Shown piece by piece: positions 36,591 to 50,069 of a stretch of DNA of 64,000 nt. The notes beneath the pieces are model-generated. The model had not been told where the DNA came from and searched no databases. It worked only from the letters and a program-made list of their open reading frames with translations. The stretch spans positions 186,001 through 250,000 of the forward strand of contig NW_003314271.1 of NCBI RefSeq assembly GCF_000143415.4, given 5' to 3'. Position 1 is the first letter of the stretch; each line of letters starts with the position of its first letter. The DNA is from Selaginella moellendorffii (Eukaryota > Plantae > Lycopodiophyta). The translations under genes and the position numbers were made by a program.

Positions 36591-38245
36591 ATATTTTGTT
36601 TTATTGGCCTAATAAAAAAAATTAACTTAATAACAACAACATAGCCTCTAAGCATGCCATATCTCTAGCCAATGGTTAACACAAATGGAAGGAGGCATAT
36701 ATGCATAAATGCATGTAGCTAAATTGAGTGTTTTAGCTAGTTATGCCTTTAAGCATAGCCTTTTGGGGGACAATATAATGTTTTTTCTTTTGATAGGGAT
36801 GCCTTTTAAGAATTTAGATTATAGGCTGAGAAGAGTAGTCTTCCAATTGCATTAAAGGCAATCTTGATTGAAGAAGTATTGACTCCTAGAAGCTTGGTAG
36901 AGCTGTTCTTTCTCCTCCTCCCTTCCAAAGGCAATGCTTTCAAATAATATTTTGACTGTTTTAGTTTCTTTATTAACTAAATCCTAAAATTTCCCTTTTA
37001 TTATGACTAAATAGCATATTTCATATTATGTATATTAGAACTCTTAATAAATAAGAAGAATTAAATAAGCCCATCCTTTTAATTAAGCTTCCAATTCACA
37101 GAACAATGCTATTTCCAATTTATATGAATGACAGATAAAAGAATCCTTAAATAACCACTAGAAGTTATGGTGAGGGGAAGTGAGGACTTCCAAAGAGATG
37201 AAAGAGCCTCTTTAGCTACAATTAGAAGACCTTCTTGGTGAAGAGTGCCTCCCATTAAACACCATCCTAATTCACTCTCTCTCCCCTTTCTGGGCATATG
37301 CACTGATCAGGAGATACAAAGAGACATTGTTTCTCTGCTGAATCTAATCAAAGGCTCAGGTGACCCATGAGGTCAACAATAGTCAACACCAGTCAAAATG
37401 TGTGGAATGCTCAATCAACTAAAGATTTGGAGATGCCGGGTGCCTCTCACATATGTGGCATAATGCCTTCTTTTTGTTTTTTCTCTAGCACACTCCCTCT
37501 CCTGTCCATTGCCGTTGCACACTCCCGCTCGCAGCTATTGCCCGCCCACCCACTCACCCTCAACTTGCCCACCCTCACATCTACCTGCGCCTAACGTGTG
37601 CCCTAATTATTTCCACGTGGCCACAACCCCAACACTTGGCCAAATTTCAATTAGCACACCCTGTTCCATGTGGTTAGTTGCCCCATAATTGACCTAAAAA
37701 TGTTTCCATTCACGCCTGCACCTTGTTCCATGTGGTTAGTTGCCCCATAATTGATCTAAAAACATTTCTGTTTCTTCTATGATGAAGTATGGTGGTAGCA
37801 TATCAATTTCCAAAGGTAAGCAATCAATTCAACTTCATATTGATTCAAGAAAATCATTTAGGATCCCCTATGGCTTGATGAGGTGTAAGAATTCCATGAA
37901 AAGGATTATTTTTATGTAGATCATTTAAATTGGAATTTATCTAAATCAAATGAAATTAGAGCTCCTATTGTGTATATATTACACAAGGATGTGAATAAGT
38001 TTCTAAATGGTGAGAAAAGAAGGGGTGATAGAGTGGATTTTTTGGCAATTTTCCAAGAAAAATCATGATTCTAAAGATTTAAAATAACCCAAAAACACAA
38101 GCTTTCTATCATTAATTAGTTATATTTTTAACAAAATATAATTACTAACTTCTTGGCACAGGTAGTGGTGTAAATATAGAAAACAAGATGCTCGTGAAAC
38201 ATCCTCTACAATTGCTAAATCTACACCAAAGTCAGGACCTAGAAG

Positions 38246-39258
38246 TGTAAGCAACTAAATTTTTCTATTTTACTTTAGTCACTTAACCACTTTTCCGACC
38301 ACTAGGAGGAGTCTCACTCACAACCTCCATAAATTGTATTATGGACTTGGGCTTGTTAGCCCTAAGAATGGCATCTATGTCATTCAACCTTTGCACTTGG
38401 TCCAAGTGCTCCATGTGTCCGATCCCATGACCGACCCCCAAGGTACCACCGACATATCAGCCCATTACACTAAAGCCATGTCCCTTCACCTTGGTCACAC
38501 CAGTAGTCTAACACCACCTGCATCACAGTCCCGTCTCTCAAAGACTAGGCCATCCATCCATGAGTGATCATCCTAAATTCACTCCTTAGCATCCTTAGGA
38601 TGCCCACAAGCATGGGGAATAGCCTTCCCCAATATCCCTTTTTCGGTCCCCACCAAGTCCCTTTCAATTCATGGCCATGTTCGCCAACATTGCCACTAGA
38701 TTAAGGCCCACAGGCCTGACCACTAAGTCCCACGGTCCTCTGGGACTTCCTCTTCACATAACCATATCCTTGGTCTCCACACTAGAGGACTACTCCTCTT
38801 CCTTTTCACAGTCTAGGACTTCGGGACAAGCTTTCGGAACACCGTGGCTTTATGCGAGCCTCATGGGTACTCTTCCCGCCTTCTGCCTTTGGGTGCTCTA
38901 GCCATGGGCTTAGAGCGAGGTTTCGTTGAGCCACGCCAAATATCCAAGTAGGTAATGCTACCCATACTTGAATTGGGAGCATCAACCATTCGATCTCCCA
39001 GGGGAACTAAAGCTAGCTCTTGAACACTTCACCAAACTACCGCGCTTGTCAGTTTGTATTCATTCTAATCTTGGACTTCCTAGCAATCAACTCATCACCA
39101 ACACCTGGGTATAGCCTCTCTAGGCCAAATTGGCTCCACTGGGCTCTAACCCCCACACACTCTCCCTACTATTCTTTTGGAACCCCCTACAGCACCCCCC
39201 CCCCCCCCCTGGGGATGATCGCTTTGGGCTTTCACCCAACTGTCTGTATTAGTAACTC
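38246..39258 (-). repeat. Family G LTR, truncated by the F insertion
   Basis: Starts TGTAAGCAACTAAAT; homologous to 11338-12355. Confidence 0.85.
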
Positions 39259-42200
39259 TATAGCGAATGTGACTTCAGGTATCAAAAGTTACCAGTCGGC
39301 CAGTCCTTACGGACATTCTTTCCTTACTACAACGATGGCAGGAGGTTAGTATTGCTGGACCCTTTATTAGTCCCTCTTATTCAAGTGTTAGTAAACTGGA
39401 CTTTGCATCTGTACTTGGCTGGACGAGTATAAGGAAGGAATTCCTAAGTGTCTATTTAGCCAAACATACTTGGCCCGGCTTGTTAGTTCTCTTTTGCCCT
39501 GTCTTGCATTGGCTTGACAAGAACCCTCGCATATTGAGATTGGTCCCTCAATATTGCTGGATGATAACTTATCGTGTCTGCCAAACACCTTCACTATCAT
39601 GCCCTTTGTGTTAGTCTCATTCTAGTCCCAAATGCTATTTATGGAAAGTGTCTAGATTTGCTCATTTGGCATATTTACGGAATGTAGAGATTGTCCTGAA
39701 CACAATGGTGTTCATCCCGTGTCCAAATTCGCAATCTAGTGCCATTCCATATTTAGTAAGTTTCGAGCTTGTTCTAAAGACTAACTCCTGATACTAAAGG
39801 AGGCTTGGGGTGAAAGCCTAAAGCGTGTGTTCCTCAAAAGGGGGAGGGGGGGGGGGGTCGAGCAGGCCGAGCATGGATAGGTCGAGCATGGCCGACTAAC
39901 CTGAGGCATAGTTTAACTCTCGCTTGCATGTTTGTCCTTGTTCTGCGTCCGGCTTGGGTCTAAGCCTAAGTTCCACACCATGCTAGCTGGTGGAGTACCC
40001 ATGTCCTTGCATTAGGCCACCGGTATGCCAAAATAGTGCCAGACTCCATTTGGCTCCGTTTTGCATGCTGGTCCTGGCATTAGGATGTTGGTTGCTCCAG
40101 GATTGTTCCAAGTCACTTCGGGCTCTTGTCCCTTTGCTCTTTGGGCTGTATGCTTAGAGTTGCTTCGTGGACCAATTCCGTTACTCCTTGGTTCCATGCT
40201 TGGGAGTTTGGCACCATTCCTTTATTCAGTGGCCCAAGGCCCTGAACCTCGAGTTCCGCACCACTGTCCTATGGACATGTGGCATATGACATGTGGCATA
40301 TGTCACGTGGCATAAAGAGAGTTTAGGTTCTGCTTCGTGGTGTTTGAAACCAAGTAGGACCAAATAGAAATTGGTACAATAGGTGGGAACCTTAGCAAAG
40401 GAACTTATGGTAAACTACCATAGGATAAAGGGTAAAAATCACGTGTGTTATATTTGGTATTAGAGGATACGTCTCAGCGAGTGCTATCTAATGAGATTGG
40501 GCAACTAATTTTGTTGCATACGCAGTGATGAAAATGATGATCTGAATGGGTACACATTTTGGTGTAAAGGCTTCGCAATCGTTCCTTGGGTATGGTTTTT
40601 GTTACCTTTTTGTACTGTGATAATGTGAGCTGGCTCTTGGGCTCATAGGATGGAATGAGCTATACCGTTTGCACGAGTTTGAGCTTGGGCTTGTGAGTGA
40701 GGCACATTAGTAACTCAAGATTACACTTTGAGTTGGCAGAATTAATGTTAGCTTATCGGTGGTTCCATGAGTTGTTCCATGTACCATGGGTGAAAGCAAA
40801 CCTCCCTAGGTTTGCTATGAGTGGCAAATAGGCTAGTCCATAACTGTTTAGCACAGCACTAGTGGATCCTTTCTAAGCATGATTATAAGTGGATCAATCA
40901 AGACTATAAGGATTAGTCTATTGGTTCAAGTAGTCATTGTCGTGCTCTCTCATAAACTTTTTTTGAATTGGACTGAAGGCAGTGTGAAGGCAAGCTTGAG
41001 GTTTAGTCAATGTAAAGACCAGAAAGAGGGTCGTCAGGGACGAAGGATCAAACATGTAAATCATTTTCTCTTCTTGGAGAGATGATTTGCAATGAAGTGT
41101 GACTTATTGCTCATGTTCACATTATGCAATCAAGAGTCCCTATCTTGGTGCATATTGGAAATGATGGTCTTGCAAATGGTGAGTTATGGGATGGATAGCA
41201 GTGAAGCGCTAAACCATTCTGTCTAGGCTTGCTATTGGAAGACTTGAGTTACAATGCTCAATTCTTTTCCGGGGAACCTTGCTATTACTTTTGAATAACT
41301 TAGTGTTAGATTAGTTTTGAGTTTAGTCGAAAAGAGAGTGGCATGAGCTTGTCCGTGTTGTGAAAAAAAGTTAGTGGTGTTGGGTGTTATAAGTCTCTGT
41401 CGGTGGAGTGTGGCATTTATGTTGCATTTTGTCGAATTGAGTTGGCACTTGATGCTCACATAAACCTTTGAAGTAATGACATAGGTGTTGCTCGTAGTGT
41501 TACTCAATTGATGATCAAGTCATTGTGATTTCTATATCATATCTATGTGATAATGAGCAATGTGTTTACGAAGCTGCTTGGTTAAACAATGATCAACCCC
41601 AAAGTGGTTGATGGTGAGGCTAGTCTACTTGCATGAAGTAGCATTATAGTAGCTTTGACTGGATTCTCAATGGTGGTCCATTATGCTAAGTTTAAGTTGG
41701 TACTTTGTTTCCTTAAGGGTTTGTCTATTAGGTGTTAAAAAGGGTTATAGCATTCATTTGCTATAGCTCGTCGGTTGATTCGTTAACACTTGGAGTAGAT
41801 TGTTGGATGGAGAAGGTGTGTAGTTAAGGCATTGACATCACTAGCACTTGTGTTAGTGAAAGTGGCATTGTTGATTTGAGTGATGAGGAATTTTCCTTAG
41901 AGCTTGATTTTCCATGTCATTTTTTCTTGTTAGTGATTTTGGCTTCACATTGGATCTTGAAAGTGATTGAAGAAGAGTGTTAGTGCAATGTGGATATCCG
42001 AAGATGTGGTCTTCGTGATCAAACCTTAGATGTTCATTTTGCATTTGACGGATGTCGATGTTAGATTTGGAAAAATGGGCAAAGATATTCAAGGCTTAAA
42101 GCATACTATGTGTCATGAGAATTGGTGTTGAAGTGAACCTATGTGAAGTTGTAGGTAGGAGAAAGTTGGTTGAGTCTTGAAAGTTTGTATTTCTAAACTA

Positions 42201-45200
42201 AGAGTTATTCTTTCTCTAGGATGGAAAATTTTCCACAAATTTTCTTAAACTTTTCCAATGGCTAACCTATTGATCACTTTGCTCGAAGACCATTCCGTTT
42301 TCATAAGCTAGTACAAACTAGTAAAAGTGTTGAAGTTGGCTTCAGTTAGCTTAGACCTTAGTAGGTAGTTTGTATGATGCAGCCCAAAAGGGATGCTAAC
42401 TTTTTGGGGCTAATGCAATTGAGTTGAATAGAGTCTGAAGTTGGCGTAAAAAAGTGGCTGTTACGCTTTTCTAAGAAAGGTGACCCTTGTGCCTTTCTTC
42501 TATAACGTTGGGTTTGGTGGCAAGTTGCACCTTGCATTTTGTTAAAACTCTATGAGAGTAGTGAGCTCTCACTGATCTTGACTTAGTCTTGGTGGTCCTA
42601 CACCTTGGCTGAGGATGGTGATGTCCAACTTAGTTGTTTGAGGTTGAAATGTTAGTACCCATATTATAGCTTTGTTTATGAGGAGGTTGTGTACCGATGT
42701 GAATCCATCTCATGGTCTTCACTTTAGTTTTGACTAAGTGTTAATCATATGTAGCTAGCCTCTTCAAGGCATGCTCAGAGTTAGTGGCTAAATGCATTAG
42801 TGAGCTTATTGCAGTTGAGTTGGATTCGAGTGGTCATTTAGTTATACTTATCCATAAAACTTTATCTCATACTTGAGGTATTACGTTCATATAGGACAAG
42901 TATATAACTCGATGGCATAAGTTTAGTATTTGGGTCTTGTGAAGGCAAGTTGAAAAGTGATTGTTAGTTGCTTTGCGACTAATGGTTGCTTATAGATTTC
43001 GTTGAAGACCTCTGATACTTACTTCGCTCGATGATGATTTAGCGGTGATGGGCTTACTTTATCGGATGGTGTTGCAGAGGATCATGTCATTAGACTTACA
43101 TGGGTTTTCCATGTTGGCATGTCGACTCTACCTTTGTCAATATTGTTTGGTTGTGTTTAATTCGTAGTGTTGGATTTCATTGAGTCTTGGATGTGGTGAA
43201 TCACTTCTTGATGATGTGTTATCTGTAACTGAATTTTGCTGAAAGATTGGTCTTAGATACCGACTAAGGTATCTTCGACTTTGGTTAGTTTAGTTGCTAG
43301 AGAATTTTAAGTGGTGATTCACTCTTGCTTTCTTCTAGCTTTGTTCTGGTGTTGATGGCATTAAAGTAATGCCCTATCATTGACATTACTGATGTTGAAA
43401 CTCAAGTGTAATGAGATGTCTTTTTGAAAGATTGATATCGAATTTCATTAGTCTCGATGAAGATATTGTTGATGATTTGGCCATGACTTTGTGTTATTGG
43501 CATTCATGCATTTGCTAGTTAATAACTATATTGATGTTCAAATGAACTGAGTGGCAAGTTGAGTTAGTTGTGTTCTAGACAAAATTATTTAGTAAGGGTT
43601 GAGCTTTGAGCTTTTCCTTGAAAAGTGATTTAGTCATGGACTATGCTAACTTTACAAGAGGAAGAGTTAGTGATCGATATTGAAGATGTTGGTTCCTTGT
43701 TGGATTTCAGTTGAGATATATCGATCATTGATGATTTATGTTGTGCTTGTTATGAAGTGAATTACGTCTTGCTATAGATGGATTCATTGAGGATCAGTTT
43801 AATAGTCACTTGTTGAGCATAGCTTTATTGTGCTTAGCTTTTGGATTGATGCAAATATGCTCCTCATTAGCTTTGACATTACGAAGTTTAGCTTATAGAT
43901 GTGTTGAAGAGGATGTTATGGGTTATACCATGATTTCTTCTTTAGTATTGACGTTAGTTCATGCAAGACTTGTGATCATTATAGACAAAGACTTAGCTAT
44001 AAGCTTTTTCAAGCTTTTGGTTCTTTAAGTTTCATACTCATTGTTCCATTTGTTAGAAGTTGTTAGGGGAAGGCATTTTAGCTCATTAACTTCGATGTTG
44101 AAGTTGGCTTTTGCATCTTGCAATCATTGATGATGATTGACTATCATCTCAAATAGTTGATTATCTTTGTCAAAAGGTTTTGCTTGATTGTTATTGATAC
44201 AGAATGATTTACTATTCTTTGGGATGATGGATTTCCTCTTTGACGATGATTCTGCATCTCATTATTAATGGGATGATTGATGATCTTTCATAATGGTTAG
44301 TTATTCTCTTTGATAGCTTATAGCTTTTCGCAATACCACATGTTGTTTGTGGTTTGCTCTGGATTGGTCTTTTGGGTTTAAGACATCAGTAGGATGTTGC
44401 TGACACTTGCTTGAGCAACTCTGATTCCTTGGGATTGTTGACCGGGATTTATTCAAATTAGCTAGTGTGATAGTTGGCATGAATGAGTGTTTGTTGGCCA
44501 TGCAACATTCATTTTATTCTGTTGATTATTGCTCGAGTTAGTTGGGATGTTATTTCCTTCGGGTAATGCATTTGCGAGCATTGTGTTTGTCAGTCAATGA
44601 TACTTTGTGTTCCTTGAGTTCTCTTTTGTAAGTTGTTTGGCATTCTGTCTGCAATCTTTTATAGTTAAGCTTTATCATTGAGTTTCCTTGATGATATACT
44701 TACTATTGAATTTTGTTGGATAGTGATTCCTATGTTTACCAATTATGATGATCTTGGTGGTTCCTATCCTAATATTGGTTTATCAGATGATAACTTACTT
44801 GGAATACTATTGTGTTCTAAATAAGATTTATTCCCTGATAATTAAGTCTCTAAGATATCATTGTCTATGACTTTGATATTGTCCATCTATTGATCTTTGA
44901 GTTTGGGCTAGTATAAGTAGACTGGCTTCTGTCAAGACCCCCAACAAGATCAAGACTAGAAAATGCAAAAGACAAAGAGAAAAACTAGTGGAAAAAAAGA
45001 AGAGGCCTTAGACTGGCGTTGATTCAAATTGTGGAGAAATGGAACAAGGCTAACCTATATATACTATAGGTTGATGAAGCTCCACCACTCTTGGATCGAG
45101 GACAGCTTAAATATAGTTGAGGTCGAGGAGGCGCCACATCAATATCAGGAATGTGGCTTGAGACTCAGGAATTGTACAGGAAATCAGAGAGTCAGGAATA

Positions 45201-45353
45201 GGGAAGTGTCTCGAGAGTTAGGAATAGGGAAGTGTCTCGAGAGTCAGGAATAGGGAAGTGTCTCAAGAATCAGGAATGTGGTCTGCAGGTCAGGAATCCG
45301 GTGAGAGTTAGGAATGTGGCAAGAATTGGGGGATTCCTGACAGCACCCCCTCC

Positions 45354-48300
45354 TCAAGAACGAGTGGAATGAGGATGTGAATAAGAATGATGAGGAGGAT
45401 GAGATGAGCGGCGAGGGATGGGAGATGGAGAAAAAGAATGAGGACTGGGACGAGAAGGATAGCGCCGGTGGAAGTCCTGAACAAGGTCAGGAGAATGAAT
45501 CAGGTTGTCCACAAGTTCCCAAGTGCGTTCTTCAGGTCCGTAACCCTTCCAGTCGGCTAGATAGTAGAGTTTAGACCGTGAAATCTTGGAATCAAGGATG
45601 TCCTGAACCTCGTACTCAGACCCATCCTCGAGCTGCACTGGTGGAGGTGGAGGAATGACCTGATTGGGAATAGGACTAGGAATATAAAGCTCAAGGAGAG
45701 AGGAGTGAAAAACAGGGTGAATTTGATATGAGGAGGGAAGTGCAAGGCGATAAGTGACAGGATTAATGATGGCAGTGATAGGGAAAGGACCGAGGCATTT
45801 GAAATCAAGTTTTGACAGGGCCTGGTGGTGGAGATATTTCGCCTGAGGAGCTAGACTTTATCCCTGATATTGTAAGGGGGACAATCTTGACGATGGACAT
45901 TGGCAAATATTTTGTGAGATTCTTGAGCACGATGGAGGTGGAAGGAGATGGAGTTGTGGATTTCCTGGAGGTTGGAGACAAATGCCTTAGAGTGGGGACT
46001 TGAACGAGAGGATTCGGATGGAGAAGGAAGTGAGAGATTGAATTGAGGATTTTGGCCAGAGTTTGCAAAGAAGGGGGAAATTCGAAGAGAGGAGTGAACA
46101 GAGTTGTTATAGGAGAACTCAGCAAGGGGAAGGATATCGAACCAGTTATCCTGATGATAGTTGATGAAGCATCTCAAGAATTGTTCCAACGTCTGAATCG
46201 TTCGCTCGGATTGCCCATCAGTTTGAGGATGATATGCCGAAAAGAGGTTGGCCTTCACTCCAAGCAGCTGCAAAAACCGTTGCCAGAAATGAGAGATGAA
46301 CTGAGGCCACCGATCCAAAACCACATCTGTAGGAATCCCATGAAGTCGGAAAATTTCCCTAAATACCAGTTTTGCCATGTCCTTGCCCGAAAACTCCTTG
46401 GTACATGGCAAGAAGTGCGCCATCTTTGTGAAGCGATCCACCACGACTAAAATGCTGTTGAAGCCTCCAGAACTCGGAAGATCACTCAAGAAATCCATGG
46501 AGATGGATTCTCAAGGACCTGAAGGGACCGGAAGGGAATGAAGCAAACCTGAAGGAAGGTGGCGAGGTACCTTATTCTGGGCACAAGTGTCACAGGAGGT
46601 AACAAAAGCTTTGATGTAATCGTCCATGTGAGGCCACCAAAAGTCCCTTGCAACTAGCTCATAGGTTTTCGCAATGCCGAAGTGACCAGCAGTCGGGCTA
46701 TCGTGGCACGCCATCAGGACCAACCTTTGAGCATCACCTTCAGGAACATAAAGCTACTCCCCACGGTACAATAAGCCATCTAAGAACTTGGACTCATCAA
46801 ATCGCCGACAGTCGAGAGTCACTGGGTGTCCAGCCTGAAAATGGGGAAAAATGTCACTGGCGAGATCATCAGATTGAAGATCGTTTCTGATTGCATCCAT
46901 CAAGGAGGAGTCCTGAGGGGCCAGGGAAATTGCCATAACTTGAAGCCGATCAGGACCGAGGATAACTTGATCCTATTGATCGAAGGCAGGATTACCAGGC
47001 CTGAGACTGAGATAGGAGCGCCTTGAAAGAGCATCAGGAAGGCCTTGAAGCTTTCCAGGTCTGTACTTGATAACAAAGTCAAACCGACTCAGGAATTGTG
47101 CCCACCTTGCTTGACGACGGCTTAAAACTCGGGAAGTGGCAAAGTACTTGAGATTTTTGTGATCCGTCTAGACTGTTGTTTGATGGCCTGCCCCCTCCAA
47201 GAAACGGCGCCACTCTCCAAAGGAATCCACGATAGCAAGGAGCTCCTTGTCGTGGATTTCATAATTGATCTCCGCAGGTTAGAATTTCCGAGAATGAAAG
47301 CGACCAGATGAAGTTCTTGATCTGCTCTGAGTTGAGACAGCACAGCACTGATGGCAAAGTCAGAGGCGTCAGACTCAATGAAGAAAGGTTGTGAGGAATC
47401 AACATGGATCAAAACGGGAGCAGAACTGAAGGCTGCCTTGAGTGTGTCGAAGGTGTGCTAGGCAGCAGCAGACCAAGAGAAGGGAACATCCTTGCAAGTG
47501 AGATGCGTGAGAAGAAGGACAATGTCAGAATAGTGATCAATGAATTTGCGGTAAAAATTGGCGAAGCCAAGGAAAACCTGAACTTCCGACATTGATTGTG
47601 GAGGCTCCCACTCGAGAATAGTCTTGACTTTGGTAGGATCCATCATGATACCCTCAGGAGTGACAATGTACCTAAGGAACTCCACATACTGCTGATCGAA
47701 GGAACATTTCTCAAGCTTCGCGTATAGGCCGTATTCTCGTAGCTTCGCCAGCACCTTGCGTACATGTTTGTCGTGCTCCTTCTGAGTTTTTGAGTAGATG
47801 AGGATGTCATCGAGGTAGACGATCACCATCTGATCAAGAAACTCCCGAAAGACGTCGTTCACCATGTGTTGGAAAACTGCTAGAGCATTTGTCAAGCCAA
47901 ATGGCATGACAGTGTACTCGAAGTGGCCATAGCGGGTTCGGAATGCAGTCTTCCATTCATCACTAGGCCGAATCCGGATCAGGTTGTATGCACCACAGAG
48001 GTCAATCTTGGTGAAGAAGTGGGCACTGCCGAGGCGTTCCAACAGATCCGAGATCAAGGGCAACAGATAACAGTTCCAAACAGTCACCTTGTTCAAACCT
48101 CGGTAATCGATGACTAGCCACAAACTCCCATCCTTCTTCTTGACAAAGAAGACAAGCGCTCCAGCCGGGGACTACAAATGCTGAATGTACCCCGAGGCAA
48201 GGTTCTCATCCACATACTCTTTGAGGGCCTTAAGCTCGAATGGGGATAACCCGTAGATAGGCCCCCACGGAGGTGATGCTCCTTCCTGTAAATCAATGGG

Positions 48301-49040
48301 ACAGTCATAAGGTCGATGAATAGGCAGTACACTAGCTTTTTTCTTGTCAAACACATCCCCAAAATCATAATACTTCTCAGGAAGACTGACAGGAAAAACA
48401 TGCAAAGCAAAAAGGAAAATAAGTTCTTCATGAAGGAGTTCTTTCATAGTGATTGTGGAGATAAGAGGAGGTGTATGACTAAATGGAATGATGAGACGAG
48501 GATACTATCTAGTGTAAGATGGAAGAGAGGAAAAAGAAGAGGGTGAAAGCTTCATAGAGTTAGGAACAGAACCCCGATTTGAGTTTAGGGAACTTTTTCT
48601 GATTCGGACTCGATGAATAGCAGGGGAAGCCGTGGGAGATGGTGATGTGGGAGAGATGAGCTGTAATTCCTTCCAAAAAATTTGAGGCTGATGTAGTTGG
48701 AACCAAGGAAGACTGAGCACCACAGAGGAGGACTTGCTATTGATGATGTTGAAGGCGATATCGGTGACGGTAGACCTGATGTGTACTCGAATGGGCAACG
48801 TATCCCTAAGTCCATAAGATGGAGACACAAAATGCCCGCCGATGCCTTCAACCCTCAGATCCTATATGGTAGGAGAAAGAGGAACGTGATGTCGGGCAGA
48901 AAAGGCCATGTCCATGAAGCAGGAAGTTGCACCCGAGTCCAGTAGCGCCAGAGCCTTGAGTCCTGATTGTCCGGTGAAAGAAAGGAGACATGGGACGCGG
49001 AAGTTGCGGGAATTGGTGGTGGCTTTGATGAAAGGTGGTC
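45354..49040 (-). pseudogene. Pol of the Tcn1-like element (PR-RT-RH-INT-chromodomain), several stops and frameshifts
   Basis: LLDSGAT; [29 protein letters not shown]; ESDASD; HDSPTAGH; MDF..DRFTK; EYEVQDILDSK..WKGYGPEERTWE. Confidence 0.93.
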
Positions 49041-49169
49041 AGAAGCTTGATAAAGAAGAAAAGTGATTTTTATTCGGGGAGTCCAAATAGACAGCTCCTA
49101 CTCTGTTTGGACAGGGTCGTTTCCCGACTGCAACTGAGGTGGACTTTGAGGCAGAGTGAACTCGAGCAA

Positions 49170-50069
49170 TCAGGGAGGCTTCTTGGGACACACAGCTGCT
49201 TTGTGATTAGGATCAGCATAGTAGAGGCAAAGATTATCAGATATTCGACGTTGCTTCTCAGCAGGACTCAACTTCCCTCTAATGAGTCGGGGAGTACCAG
49301 AAATATCCATCGAGACTGGAGCAGTAGGTTCAGGAGTATGCCCCGAAGACTCAAGTTGGGATTCCTGAGTCTGGGACAGAAAAACAGCGGTGCAGCGACT
49401 TTCCTGACGACGTTCAAAGAGACGATTGTCACATCGAACAGCTTTGTTGATGGCGTCTGACAGGTCCTTGGGATCCTCGATGGTGAGCAACAAATCCTTG
49501 ACACTGTTGTTGAGGCCGAAACAAAATTGGTCAATCAGGGCCCGCTCATCCCACTGAGTGTCCAAGGCAAGGAGTTGGAACTCTGCAGCGTAGACCGAGG
49601 CAAGACGAGACCCCTGAGAGAGACGTCTCATCTTTGTGGTAGCAGCCCGAACCCGATCAGTCTCACCAAAACATGCTTCGAGCTTCTCTTTGAACAATTG
49701 AAGATCCATCAGCTCCGAAACCACGACCCCTTTCATGCTCTTCTCCAGAAGAGGAGAAAACCATGACAAAGCTGCACCTTCGAGCAACATCCCGATCATG
49801 CTGATTTGAGACTTGGGAGTGGGGTACCGTCGATGTTGAAGTGCGAAGATTAGCTCCATCTGGTTCAGGAATCCGTGAAGCTCCAAACATTTGCCTGGGA
49901 ACTTTGCTAGGAAACTCACCTTCGGTTCAAGAACTTTGCTGGATCCTTGGGCCAAAAGTGAAGCAAGCTCCTGCTGCATGCGAAGAAGGGTCGCCTTCAG
50001 CTTGGTATTCTCAGACTGGATTTTTGCAAGGACTTCGGCAAAGAAATTAGGATGGCTTGGAGACTCCAT
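49170..50069 (-). CDS. Gag of the Tcn1-like element (open frame)
   Basis: LLEGAALSWF, LSQGSRLASVYAAEF, MDI, RGKLSPAEKQRRISDNLCLYY..HKAAVCP. Confidence 0.85.
   Translation of the reverse strand: MESPSHPNFFAEVLAKIQSENTKLKATLLRMQQELASLLAQGSSKVLEPKVSFLAKFPGKCLELHGFLNQMELIFALQHRRYPTPKSQISMIGMLLEGAALSWFSPLLEKSMKGVVVSELMDLQLFKEKLEACFGETDRVRAATTKMRRLSQGSRLASVYAAEFQLLALDTQWDERALIDQFCFGLNNSVKDLLLTIEDPKDLSDAINKAVRCDNRLFERRQESRCTAVFLSQTQESQLESSGHTPEPTAPVSMDISGTPRLIRGKLSPAEKQRRISDNLCLYYADPNHKAAVCPKKPP

Noticed and set aside
37660-37770. ~62-bp tandem duplication (similar short ones at ~30665-30722 and 45187-45265)
   Set aside because: Ordinary local duplications with no sign of function.
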